NCBI GenBank assembly: GCA_965232845.1
Contig: OZ247428.1
Location: 897,511 to 961,510, forward strand
Origin: Dehalococcoidia bacterium
Lineage (GTDB): Bacteria > Chloroflexota > Dehalococcoidia > Lucifugimonadales > UBA3495
Direction of reading: 5' to 3'
DNA: 64,000 nt
Numbering within the stretch: the stretch's first letter is position 1; every line of letters begins with the position of its first letter. The position numbers and the translations under genes are program-made. Shown here in pieces: positions 53,273-62,496 of the stretch. The notes beneath the pieces are model-generated. The model ran no database searches. It was given only the letters and a program-made list of their open reading frames with translations, and was not told the DNA's origin.

Positions 53273-54676
53273 TCAGGATAAGCGAAATACTACAAGCCCG
53301 GCATCATGGTCGGGGAGGTCCCATTCATTATAACGGAGTAGCAGGTAGTCTTTTGCCGCCAGTATATTCCCGGCTGTCGTGGGATATGAAGTTACAAACT
53401 CGCGACCCACTTCAGATTCAAAGTCCCAACAGGGGCCAATTTGCCAGCGAAATCCTGCTCGACGCGCTATAGCCCGGTAATCAGCAGCTAGTCGTTCATA
53501 GTCCTTATCGTTTCTGAAAGGCAATGGAGCAATGTAATAGTCGCCGGACAAATAAAGACCAAGCTCGTTTTCGAAAACCTGGACCATATCCGTGTCGGTT
53601 AGCCAGCCTTCCATCGCAAAGAACAGGTTTTCCGGAATGTCCTGAGGAACCCGATGGTAATAATAGTCTTCCTCGGACTCTACCATTCTCACCTTGATCG
53701 AAGGTTTGTCCTCGTAACCCAACAGGTTCTCGGCTGATTGACCGGTGAGGAATAGAAAAGGGATGTTGCCATTGGTGGCATCAACGAGGAGGGGCACATC
53801 GTCAACTTGATAAAGCAATGCGGAATGCTGCCAGTACCGCATGTACCTCCGGGCGAATCTGAAATCGAAGGTATTCAACAGATTCCTCAGCCTGGCTTCA
53901 GGGACCTGATCACGGGCGCCATCGCCGCCTATCAGATATTCTGACTCAAACCCGAAGTGGTCCGTCAGGAATTTCAACGCTTGAACTTTTTCGGTGCAAA
54001 TGCCGCCCGCCCCGGTTGCAATGTTTCGGACGGTTTCATCTCCGGTTTTGAACATCAGCTTGTCACCCACAAACCGGGAATAATTCTCGAACTCGCTGTC
54101 CCAGATGCGGCGCGCCAATACCTTGACGAGTTCCAGCCTGCTCTGATGTGAGTCAAGAAGCAATGCTTCCTCGGCAGCAGCAGGCCCGAGGTAGTGCTCC
54201 AGGGTCTCGGTTACAAATCTATTGAAGAAGTCTGGCTCATTGGCCCACCGCCGCCGGTGGAAGCCACTCCAATTTCGTGCGTATCCAACATTGGTACGGT
54301 CAATGGTCAGGTCAATTAAAGAGGTCCAAACATCGCCGACCTTGACCTCAGTCTCTTGGGGCCTGTCTACCAAATCAATCGCGCTGTTGTTCTGGGTGAC
54401 GGCAATTCCGGAGTACATGGCTATCAACCGACCCTGATCGTCGCAGGAATAAATTAGGTCCTGCAGGGCCTTCAAGGAGGTAAGAGAACCGGGGGTGATT
54501 CCCTGACGATGGAGCAACTCCTCCTCTGGGAGTCGCAAAAGGTACTTGTCCAGCAACTCTCCCACTGAACAGTCCGAGTCAGCCTGGTCCAAACGGAGAG
54601 TTACTGAACGTCCGGTATATGAATCGAGAATGCGGAGAATTCTTGGCTCTTGTACTAATTTTGGATCAACAGGCAT
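53273..54676 (-). CDS. Hypothetical protein with transglutaminase-like (papain-fold) Cys-His-Asp core
   Basis: 467 aa. GAGGIC(227)TEKVQALKFLTDHFGFESEYLIG ... YWQH(284)SALLYQVDDVPLLVD(299)ATNG. Spacings of C-57-H-15-D and the surrounding pattern fit transglutaminase-core enzymes. Flanking about 200-aa N- and 150-aa C-regions are unrecognised. Confidence 0.5.
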   Translation of the reverse strand: MPVDPKLVQEPRILRILDSYTGRSVTLRLDQADSDCSVGELLDKYLLRLPEEELLHRQGITPGSLTSLKALQDLIYSCDDQGRLIAMYSGIAVTQNNSAIDLVDRPQETEVKVGDVWTSLIDLTIDRTNVGYARNWSGFHRRRWANEPDFFNRFVTETLEHYLGPAAAEEALLLDSHQSRLELVKVLARRIWDSEFENYSRFVGDKLMFKTGDETVRNIATGAGGICTEKVQALKFLTDHFGFESEYLIGGDGARDQVPEARLRNLLNTFDFRFARRYMRYWQHSALLYQVDDVPLLVDATNGNIPFLFLTGQSAENLLGYEDKPSIKVRMVESEEDYYYHRVPQDIPENLFFAMEGWLTDTDMVQVFENELGLYLSGDYYIAPLPFRNDKDYERLAADYRAIARRAGFRWQIGPCWDFESEVGREFVTSYPTTAGNILAAKDYLLLRYNEWDLPDHDAGLVVFRLS

Positions 54677-54859
54677 AAATTTCTCAGGGAAGCAGGCAAG
54701 CGTCCTGCGACACGATCATAGGTGCATTATAACGGTAGCGGGGCAACCCTAAGAGAACTGGGATTACAGCCCGCGATAGCCCTTCAGAAGCCCGAAAGAG
54801 GAAGTCGGAGAATCACTTCACCGACCCAACTTGCAATGAAGAAATGAGGCCAAGAATTG

Positions 54860-54937
<78 letters not shown>

Positions 54938-55160
54938 AATACTGCCGCCGTACCCGAACTGCCAAATTACCAAGGGCCCCACGGCTGTTACGCAAGCCAC
55001 CCCGCACTGGAAGTGAAGGCAGCACTTAACTGGTCAATTATACTACAAGCGTTCCCCACAAATACAGGAATGGAAGGAAACGCCCCCAAGGGAACGACAT
55101 AAACAAGCGGATTCAGCACTTTAACCGAAGAGCCCGTAAAACTGTTCTTCTTTCGCTACT

Positions 55161-55751
55161 CTACCCGCCCGCCTCAGCCAACATTTCTTCTGCAATTTCG
55201 CTCAGTTTGTCCTTGTTTAGCACCCCGTCCCATTTCTTATGCAGATCGCCGTCTGCGGTGACAAAGATGGTGGTGGGAAGGCCAAACACCCGGTGCGCCT
55301 CTACAATCGCGCCATCATCCGTGAAACCTGCCGGATAGGTTACTCCCAATTCGGCCAGCAATTCCTGGGCATTTTCCCTGGAGCCGAGTCCCAGGTATTG
55401 CCCGAGGTCAACACCAATCAGCGTAACTTTTCCCTCGTATTCATCACCGAATTCCTGAAACTCCGGCATCTCCGCACGGCAAGGAGGACATAGGCCGGCC
55501 CAGTAATTCAGCACTACCGGCTTGCCCTGGAGGTCAGACAAAGAAATTTCAGCAGAGCCCAACTGTTCTTGTCCCTGGTAAAGGCCAATCCTGAAATCCT
55601 CAACCTTGTCCCTGGATTCCGCCTCGCTTGGGGATCCCGGGTCGGTCGCACCATTATTGCACCCAGCAACCAGCAGCAAAGCAGCCACAAGGAGCGGCAA
55701 TATTGGTAGCCGGCGCGACGGAAAATTGACCTGCATCCTTCCTGTGTTCAT
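55161..55751 (-). CDS. TlpA/ResA-like thiol-disulfide oxidoreductase lipoprotein
   Basis: Signal/lipobox LLLVAGC-NNG. Thioredoxin motif LNYWAGLCPPCRAEMPEF. Start uncertain (55799, 55751 or 55736). Confidence 0.8.
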   Translation of the reverse strand: MNTGRMQVNFPSRRLPILPLLVAALLLVAGCNNGATDPGSPSEAESRDKVEDFRIGLYQGQEQLGSAEISLSDLQGKPVVLNYWAGLCPPCRAEMPEFQEFGDEYEGKVTLIGVDLGQYLGLGSRENAQELLAELGVTYPAGFTDDGAIVEAHRVFGLPTTIFVTADGDLHKKWDGVLNKDKLSEIAEEMLAEAGG

Positions 55752-55909
55752 AGTAGCCCAAGATCGTCGAGAATCATTCCTGGAGGCATCTCCCGCCAAT
55801 TAGCAACATCTGTGGCATTACTTGTTAAATTGTATTACGAGGCTTGAAGACAAGAGGATTCAAGCGGCGCCGCAGCTCCCTTATTTCACCCGGTTCAGGG
55901 TCTGGAGGT

Positions 55910-58900
55910 TCAGTTAACCAGGTTGCGCAGCCGTTCCTGAAAAATACTCAGGCGTTCCAGCGTCTGGGTGAGCCTGCGCATCCATTGGTCTCCCAGGGAG
56001 CGGGAGGAAAGCCTTATTTGCCTGTTGCCCACACTCGCCGCCGAACCAAGGGCACGTTGGAGCGGAACTTTGGCGCTCCCAACGTCTTGCCGGAGACCGA
56101 GGGTAATTCCTCCAGTGGATTGCAGCACAGATTCAACCCCGGCCGTAGCGGCCAGAACTCGCAAATCGACCAAGGTTAACAGATTCTCTACATCATCAGG
56201 CAGTAGACCAAACCGGTCCCGCATTTCATCTCGAAATGCGGGCACCTCTTCCCGGCTCTTGGCACGCGCCAAGCGCTGATAAAGTGCAAGCCTTGTCGGA
56301 GTGTGCGGGACATAACTCTCCGGAATATTGGCTGCAATTGACAGTTCTATCCTGGGTAATTCGATGGGGCCCTCAGCAGGCTGGGAATTGCCATCGCTGC
56401 CTTCGCCGGCCATAAGTTCAGACACCGCCTCTTCGAGCAATTGACCGTACAGTTCCAGGCCCACCGCATGAATCTGCCCGCTCTGGGCCGCTCCCAGCAA
56501 GTTGCCCGCGCCCCTTATTTCGAGGTCCCGCATCGCAATTCTGAAGCCAGATCCCAGATCCGATGCTTCAAGGATAGCTTGCACTCGCTTTTCGGCTGCT
56601 TCCGTTATCTGCCTGCCCCGGGGCAAGAGCAGGTACGCGTACGCTCGGTGCTCTCCCCTGCCAACCCGGCCTCGCAACTGGTATAGCTGGGAAAGCCCAA
56701 ACCGGTCGGCCCGGTCCAGAATAAGTGTGTTGACGTTGGGCATATCCAGGCCGGATTCAATGATGGTGGTGCAAACCAGGACGTCCGCTTCGCCATCCGC
56801 GAAAGCCTCCATTGCTTCTTCCAGTTCAAGCTCTGGCATTTGACCGTGCCCGATCATAAAGCGGGCTTCCGGTACAAGCTCCGCCAAATCAGCCGCTGTC
56901 TGTTCGATCGTCCGAACACGGTTGTGCAGAAAGAAGACTTGCCCGTCCCGCTCGATTTCCCGAAGGATGGCCTCTCGAACAGTTTCCTCATTGTATTCTG
57001 AGACGAAGGTTTTGACCGGCAGGCGGGCTTCTGGAGGTGTGTTCATTACGCTCATGTCCCGGATTCCCGTTAAGGCCATGTGCAGTGTTCTTGGTATGGG
57101 GGTGGCGCTTAGCGTCAGCACATCCACCTGGCTTCGCAAACGTTTCAGAGTTTCTTTATGGCCCACTCCAAACCGCTGTTCTTCATCCACTACTACTAAC
57201 CCCAGATTCTTGAAGCGGACATCCTTTTGAAGCAACCGATGGGTGCCGATAACTATGTCTACAGTTCCCTGTTCGAGGCCTTCGATTACGTCCTGCTGTT
57301 CTCTTGGGGTGCGGAAACGGCTCAACACCTCCACTTGTAGCGGAAAGGGGCTGAGGCGCTCGCTGAACGTGGCATAGTGCTGCTGGGCCAGTACGGTTGT
57401 GGGAACCAAAAGTCCCACCTGCATACCGTCTGACACGGTCTTGAAGGCGGCTCGCAAAGCCACCTCCGTTTTGCCGTACCCCACGTCTCCACAAATCAGC
57501 CGGTCCATCGGCTTGATCTGCTCCATATCAGCCTTGACTTCGTCAATGGCGCGAACCTGGTCCGGCGTCTCCTGGAAAGGAAAGGAATCTTCCAGTTCCC
57601 GTTGCCAAATGGTATCCATGCTAAATTCATGCCCTTCCGCGGCCTTCCGGGCGGCATAAAGCCTTAAGAGTTCCTCCGCCATTTCACGGGTCGATCCCTT
57701 TACTCGTTCCTTTATTCGCGCCCATTCCGCCGTCCCCAGGCGGGTCAATGTTGGCGGTTGATCCTGCGCTCCCACATAGGCTCCCACCCGGTCCAAATGG
57801 TCTGTGGGAACGTAAAGCTTGTCATTCTCAGCATATTCCAGGACCAGGAACTCCTTCTCCTCTCCGTTATCCTCCATATGAGTGGTTCCGGCAAACCTGG
57901 CAATACCGTGATCCACGTGCACCACATAGCTTCCTGGAACCAATTCTGAGAGGATAATATCCTCACCCAATTGCTCCCGGCTGCGAACCGGCCGGTAACG
58001 CCGCTCCTTGACCGTGCCGAACAATTCTGAGTCAGAGAGCAGGGTTATGCCAGGATGGTGATCATTACCTTCAGTTTCCCATCCCTCGTTAAGGAAACCT
58101 TGCACCAGGTGAACCTGCCCTGGAATTGGCGGTGCGTCCAGAGACTCTCCAATGGAGGTAGCCACGTTTGCCTCAGCGAGAACTTCGGCGAGACGGAGAG
58201 TGTGCTGGGTTATGGCGACAACTATCCGCTTTCTCTGCAAGTCGGCCGCCACTTCATCGGTAAATTGGCCAAGCTGACCGAAGTACGATTTGGGAGCGCG
58301 AAAAGAAGCATCAGCGTCGTCTGCCAACCAACTTTCGAGGTGAGCCTTGCGTGGGTGTTCCCAAATACGAGCAGAAAGCTGGTCCCATTCCAAATAGGGT
58401 GACGGGAAATTCCTGGGAAGATCGCCCCTGGTTTCCCTGCTCTCGCGCATTCGGAAGAACTTTTCCTCGAGGTCCCGTGCTTCAGTCTCCACCTGGGTCT
58501 TTCGATCCAGTACCAGGAGTCCATCGCCCGGCAGATAGTCCAGCAAATTGTGGCGATTGAGGATTCCGTTGTAGAAGGACAGCGTTTCTATGTTGGGGGT
58601 CGCAAACAACTCTACGAGTTCTTCGTCAAACCGCTCCCGCATCCAGGAGTTACAGTCCGAAAAATCCAACTCCCCTATTCGCTTTTCTATCGCGGCCCGG
58701 TCGGCCAGTTCGGGAAGCTGTTCGCGGGCGGGCATTATTTCTACGCATCCGGGGTTCGGGTTGTCTTCAGAGAGGGGGAGTGAGCGCTGAGTGTATGGAT
58801 CAAATCTGCGGATGGTATCGACCTCATCGTCCCACATTTCGATTCGGTACGGATTTTCTGCATGAGGAGGAAAGACGTCAATGATGCCGCCGCGCAAACT

Positions 58901-59530
58901 GAAGCATCCCGGGCTTTCCACCACCGGTTCGTGGCGATAGCCAAGTTTCACCCAGTCGGCCAGAAGCTGGTCGGTGCTTCGAATTCGTTGACCACGGCCA
59001 AGCCGGCGGGACGACCAATTGCCAGGTTCCAGAGCTTCAAAAACCCCGGGGGACAAGGTATATCTCAATACTGCGGCCACCGAAGCCACCACCAAGGGTG
59101 GATTCTTGCAGCCAGTTTCCCAGGAAGCCAGCGCGGACAATGCGACCAACCTCTGGTTCACGGTTCGAGAGTCTACCGCCAGGCGCTCAAATGGCAGGAC
59201 CTCGGGTTCCGGCAGCAGGTAAACGGGAGCCGTTTCGCCCAGATACGTCATCAACTGGTCATACAACGTACGGGAGTCGTCCGCACGAGGAGAAAGAACC
59301 AACGTTGGCGCTTGAGTCTTGGTCCACAGACTGGCTACGAACAGGGGCCTTACACCTCTGCGGGCAGCAAAACCCTGCCCTGACGCCTCTGGTCGCGTAT
59401 GCTTATCGTCGGTCCCAAGTGGAAAGTCATTGGCAAGTAGAGACAGAAGGCCTGGAAGCGACATCCAGAAATAAACTCCAAACTTATTACCGGCCTCACA
59501 AGGCTGGCAGTCAATAATTTGCTGCAACAA
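55910..59530 (-). CDS. mfd: Transcription-repair coupling factor
   Basis: UvrB-homology N-domain, CarD-like region (YVVHVDHGIARF), helicase motifs (CGDVGYGKTEVALRAAF, VVDEEQRFGV, TLSATPIPRTL, QLYQLRGRVGR) and TRG region. The true start is possibly the Met at 59464 (MSLPGLLSLL, GGAG RBS). Confidence 0.93.
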   Translation of the reverse strand: MLQQIIDCQPCEAGNKFGVYFWMSLPGLLSLLANDFPLGTDDKHTRPEASGQGFAARRGVRPLFVASLWTKTQAPTLVLSPRADDSRTLYDQLMTYLGETAPVYLLPEPEVLPFERLAVDSRTVNQRLVALSALASWETGCKNPPLVVASVAAVLRYTLSPGVFEALEPGNWSSRRLGRGQRIRSTDQLLADWVKLGYRHEPVVESPGCFSLRGGIIDVFPPHAENPYRIEMWDDEVDTIRRFDPYTQRSLPLSEDNPNPGCVEIMPAREQLPELADRAAIEKRIGELDFSDCNSWMRERFDEELVELFATPNIETLSFYNGILNRHNLLDYLPGDGLLVLDRKTQVETEARDLEEKFFRMRESRETRGDLPRNFPSPYLEWDQLSARIWEHPRKAHLESWLADDADASFRAPKSYFGQLGQFTDEVAADLQRKRIVVAITQHTLRLAEVLAEANVATSIGESLDAPPIPGQVHLVQGFLNEGWETEGNDHHPGITLLSDSELFGTVKERRYRPVRSREQLGEDIILSELVPGSYVVHVDHGIARFAGTTHMEDNGEEKEFLVLEYAENDKLYVPTDHLDRVGAYVGAQDQPPTLTRLGTAEWARIKERVKGSTREMAEELLRLYAARKAAEGHEFSMDTIWQRELEDSFPFQETPDQVRAIDEVKADMEQIKPMDRLICGDVGYGKTEVALRAAFKTVSDGMQVGLLVPTTVLAQQHYATFSERLSPFPLQVEVLSRFRTPREQQDVIEGLEQGTVDIVIGTHRLLQKDVRFKNLGLVVVDEEQRFGVGHKETLKRLRSQVDVLTLSATPIPRTLHMALTGIRDMSVMNTPPEARLPVKTFVSEYNEETVREAILREIERDGQVFFLHNRVRTIEQTAADLAELVPEARFMIGHGQMPELELEEAMEAFADGEADVLVCTTIIESGLDMPNVNTLILDRADRFGLSQLYQLRGRVGRGEHRAYAYLLLPRGRQITEAAEKRVQAILEASDLGSGFRIAMRDLEIRGAGNLLGAAQSGQIHAVGLELYGQLLEEAVSELMAGEGSDGNSQPAEGPIELPRIELSIAANIPESYVPHTPTRLALYQRLARAKSREEVPAFRDEMRDRFGLLPDDVENLLTLVDLRVLAATAGVESVLQSTGGITLGLRQDVGSAKVPLQRALGSAASVGNRQIRLSSRSLGDQWMRRLTQTLERLSIFQERLRNLVN

Positions 59531-59536
59531 TCAAAA

Positions 59537-59559
59537 GGGCTAACGGCCAGCGTTAGCCC
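59537..59559 (-). terminator. Orphan intrinsic terminator on the minus strand, upstream of mfd
   Basis: Minus strand: GGGCTAACG-ctggc-CGTTAGCCC followed by TTTTGATTG. No annotated minus-strand gene ends here. Confidence 0.55.
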
Positions 59560-59789
59560 CGATCGTCATCCATTCTATTCCTTCAAGGGGTGATTAACAA
59601 GAATCGATGATGCGGATCCCGACTCATCGTTTCGTCAAAGATTTCATCTGACTGTCCAGTTTAATCGCCAACCCCAATGGCCATGAAGACCGGTGGCCGA
59701 ACTGCAACTTCGCCTCCTTGCATGAGTTGAAAACGCGGGAGATATGACTCCAATCATGCATTGAACTCGCCAGAGCACACTGAGCTTCG

Positions 59790-59798
59790 TGCTATAAT
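59790..59798 (+). promoter_or_regulatory. Candidate extended -10 promoter (TGcTATAAT) for proBA
   Basis: cgTGcTATAATtat, 75-115 nt upstream of the possible proB starts. Confidence 0.45.
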
Positions 59799-59872
59799 TA
59801 TCCAACTCGCTTAAAGGTTCCCGGATTGCCATCGAATGCTGCATTCCCAATCCGCACATCTACCGGACCGTA

Positions 59873-61066
59873 ATGTCCAGACCGTACTCTCCCCAACAGA
59901 TCTCTGAGTCCAAAATGGCAGCCGCCGAAGAACTGCGCTACCGAAGGATCGTGGTGAAGGTTGGGACCAGCGTCCTTACTGACACCCGAAACAATGGTGG
60001 GCTGAACCAGGCCGTGATGGCAAACTTGGCGGAACAGATCAGCCGGCTGCGACGTGAAAAGGGCGCAGAAATGATCTTGGTAACTTCTGGGGCCATCGCT
60101 GCCGGGCGGCAGGGCCTGTGGCAGGCAGGTCTGGAGTTGGCCGAACGGGATATTCCCTCCAGACAGGCCCTGGCAGCCATTGGGCAAGGCCGGCTCATTC
60201 ATGCCTATGAGCAGTTGTTTGAAGCTCACAATGTGCATGTGGCACAGGCGCTACTGACCATCAATGACCTGGCAGAGCGACAGCCGTACCTGAATGTCAG
60301 GAATACCCTCACCGCACTTCTGGATATTGGGGTTGTACCCATACTCAACGAAAACGACGTAGTAGCAGTTGACGAAATAGGCGCGGTGTTTGGTGACAAC
60401 GACCGGCTATCGGCCCTGGTGACCAATCTCGTGGACGCTGACCTTCTCGTTATTCTGACCGACACCGAAGGACTGTACACTGCCGACCCTTACCGGAATC
60501 CCGATGCTACTTTAATCCCGGAAGTGCATCAGATTGACAACACTGTCAAGGCAGCTGTAGGGCAGCACCGGAACCGCTGGGCAAGAGGCGGCATGCCAAC
60601 CAAGATCGACGCGGCAAGACTGGTTACATCAGCGGGCATTTCGATGATCATGTGCAGCGGAAGAGCAGAAAATGCGATAGTTCGTGCGGCCCGCGGCGAC
60701 AGCATCGGCACTCTGTTTCATCCTCTGGGAGGCAAGCTTGAAGCCCGCAAGCGCTGGATGCTCAGCAGAGTGGAAGATTCCCAGTGGGGAGAGATAGAAG
60801 TGGACGGGGGGGCGGCCGATGCCCTCCTTAACAGGCACGTCAGCCTGTTGCCCGCGGGCGTCAGAGGCGTACGAGGAGAGTTCAGCCGGGGAGATATCGT
60901 CTACATAGTGGACGAACCTGGAAGGCAAATCGCCTGCGGTATCGCAAATTATTCCGCAGCGGACATAGCCCGAATCCGAGGCTTTCAGTCCGACGGCATT
61001 GCGGCAATTCTGGGTTATCATTATGGTCAGGAAGTCGTACACCGCAATAACCTGGTCCTCATTTAG
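59873..61066 (+). CDS. proB: Glutamate 5-kinase with C-terminal PUA domain
   Basis: RIVVKVGTSVLT, ILVTSGAIAAGR, NENDVVAVDE..FGDNDRLSALV, and PUA (GDIVYIVDEPGRQIACGIANYS). The start may be the Met at 59915. Confidence 0.92.
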   Translation: MSRPYSPQQISESKMAAAEELRYRRIVVKVGTSVLTDTRNNGGLNQAVMANLAEQISRLRREKGAEMILVTSGAIAAGRQGLWQAGLELAERDIPSRQALAAIGQGRLIHAYEQLFEAHNVHVAQALLTINDLAERQPYLNVRNTLTALLDIGVVPILNENDVVAVDEIGAVFGDNDRLSALVTNLVDADLLVILTDTEGLYTADPYRNPDATLIPEVHQIDNTVKAAVGQHRNRWARGGMPTKIDAARLVTSAGISMIMCSGRAENAIVRAARGDSIGTLFHPLGGKLEARKRWMLSRVEDSQWGEIEVDGGAADALLNRHVSLLPAGVRGVRGEFSRGDIVYIVDEPGRQIACGIANYSAADIARIRGFQSDGIAAILGYHYGQEVVHRNNLVLI

Positions 61067-61124
61067 ACTCTTTCCAGGGCAAAGACTCCCAAATCAAATC
61101 TGTACAAGAGAACGAGGAAAACCC

Positions 61125-62405
61125 ATGGCCACCAACACCCACGTGGACTCGTTACAAACCCTGGGAAAGACTGCAAAGCTCGCGGCCAAGGAGCTTTCGC
61201 GCCTGTCTGCAGACATTAAGAACCAGGCCCTTCTGAATGTGGCCGATGCGCTGGAATCGGAGCAAGGGCCGGTTTTGGAAGCAAACAAGCACGATTACGA
61301 GTCCGCCCTAGCCGATGGCATGAACGAGGCAATGCTGGACCGTCTTCTGCTAAACCCGGAAAGGCTGAAGGCCATGGCCAGCGATGTCCGCACCATCGCG
61401 GCTCTTCCGGACCCGGTCAACGAGGTGATAGAAGCCAAGACCCTACCCAACGGCCTGGAAGTGGAAAGGCGGCGGGTGCCCCTGGGCGTAATTGGCAGCA
61501 TTTACGAGAGCCGCCCCAATGTGACCGTGGATATTGCCGCCCTCACTCTGAAGTCAGGAAATGCCTGCATCTTGCGTGGAGGCAGTGAGAGCATTCGTTC
61601 AAACCTGGCGCTGGCCGCGTTGCTGCGCCGCGCTATTGGCGAGGCAGGGATCAACCCCGATACCATTCAATATATCGACAATCCAGACCGGGCCCTGGTC
61701 GATGCCATGCTGCAGATGAAGGAGCACATTGATCTGCTCGTACCCAGAGGCGGCCCCAACCTTATTAACTTTGTGGCCAGCAACGCCGCCATGCCAGTGG
61801 TGGCCGGTGGCGTGGGAGTTTGCCACACTTATGTTGATCGCACTGCCGACCTGGAAAAAGCGTCTGACATCATTTTTAACGCCAAGGTGCAGCGGCCTAC
61901 GGTTTGCAACGCCCTGGACACGGTGCTGCTCCATGCCGAAGCCGCGCCGGCCTGCCTTCCGGATATTGCCCACAATCTCTGTGAGGCGGGCGTGGAGTTG
62001 CATTGCGACCACAGGGCCCTAAGCATCCTGGGACCGGAATCTGGGCTAAATGCACTCCCAGCTACCGAAGAAGACTGGGGCAAAGAATTCCTCTCCCTTA
62101 CAGCCGCAATAAAAATTGTTGATTCTTTGGACGAGGCACTGGAACACATCGACACTTACGGGTCCGGGCACACGGAGGCCATCATCACGCGCGACTCTGA
62201 GGCCTCTCAGCGCTTTCAGCGGGATGTGGATGCCGCTGCCGTGATTGTCAACGCCAGTTCCAGGTTCACTGATGGGGGGCAACTTGGGCTGGGCGCGGAA
62301 GTGGGCATAAGCACCCAGAAATTCCATGCCCGCGGCCCCCTGGGTCTTCGGGAACTGACATCTTACAAATGGGTCATAATCGGTGATGGTCAAGTAAGGG
62401 AATAG
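61125..62405 (+). CDS. proA: Gamma-glutamyl phosphate reductase
   Basis: MATNTHVDSLQTLGKTAKLAAKELS...PLGVIGSIYESRPNVT...CNALDTVLLH...GSGHTEAI...NASSRFTDG. The ATG at 61125 follows GAGGAAAA (the track ORF starts earlier, at 60999). Confidence 0.92.
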   Translation: MATNTHVDSLQTLGKTAKLAAKELSRLSADIKNQALLNVADALESEQGPVLEANKHDYESALADGMNEAMLDRLLLNPERLKAMASDVRTIAALPDPVNEVIEAKTLPNGLEVERRRVPLGVIGSIYESRPNVTVDIAALTLKSGNACILRGGSESIRSNLALAALLRRAIGEAGINPDTIQYIDNPDRALVDAMLQMKEHIDLLVPRGGPNLINFVASNAAMPVVAGGVGVCHTYVDRTADLEKASDIIFNAKVQRPTVCNALDTVLLHAEAAPACLPDIAHNLCEAGVELHCDHRALSILGPESGLNALPATEEDWGKEFLSLTAAIKIVDSLDEALEHIDTYGSGHTEAIITRDSEASQRFQRDVDAAAVIVNASSRFTDGGQLGLGAEVGISTQKFHARGPLGLRELTSYKWVIIGDGQVRE

Positions 62406-62431
62406 CGAACACATTAAGTGTGCAATGAAAA

Positions 62432-62465
62432 CTGGGCAGGTAGTCGACCTGCCCAGTCTGCTTTT
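62432..62465 (+). terminator. Intrinsic terminator after proA
   Basis: CTGGGCAGGT-agtcg-ACCTGCCCAG followed by TCTGCTTTT. Confidence 0.75.
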
Positions 62466-62496
62466 CAGGATTGGCGTGTTCAGGGGGCTAATGTGG

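Noticed and set aside
59644-59859. A 71-aa minus-strand ORF between mfd and proB
   Set aside because: It has implausible composition (Cys/Trp/Arg/His-rich), no RBS, and overlaps the probable proBA promoter. Only the downstream orphan terminator and the SD-preceded mini-ORF were kept as an observation.
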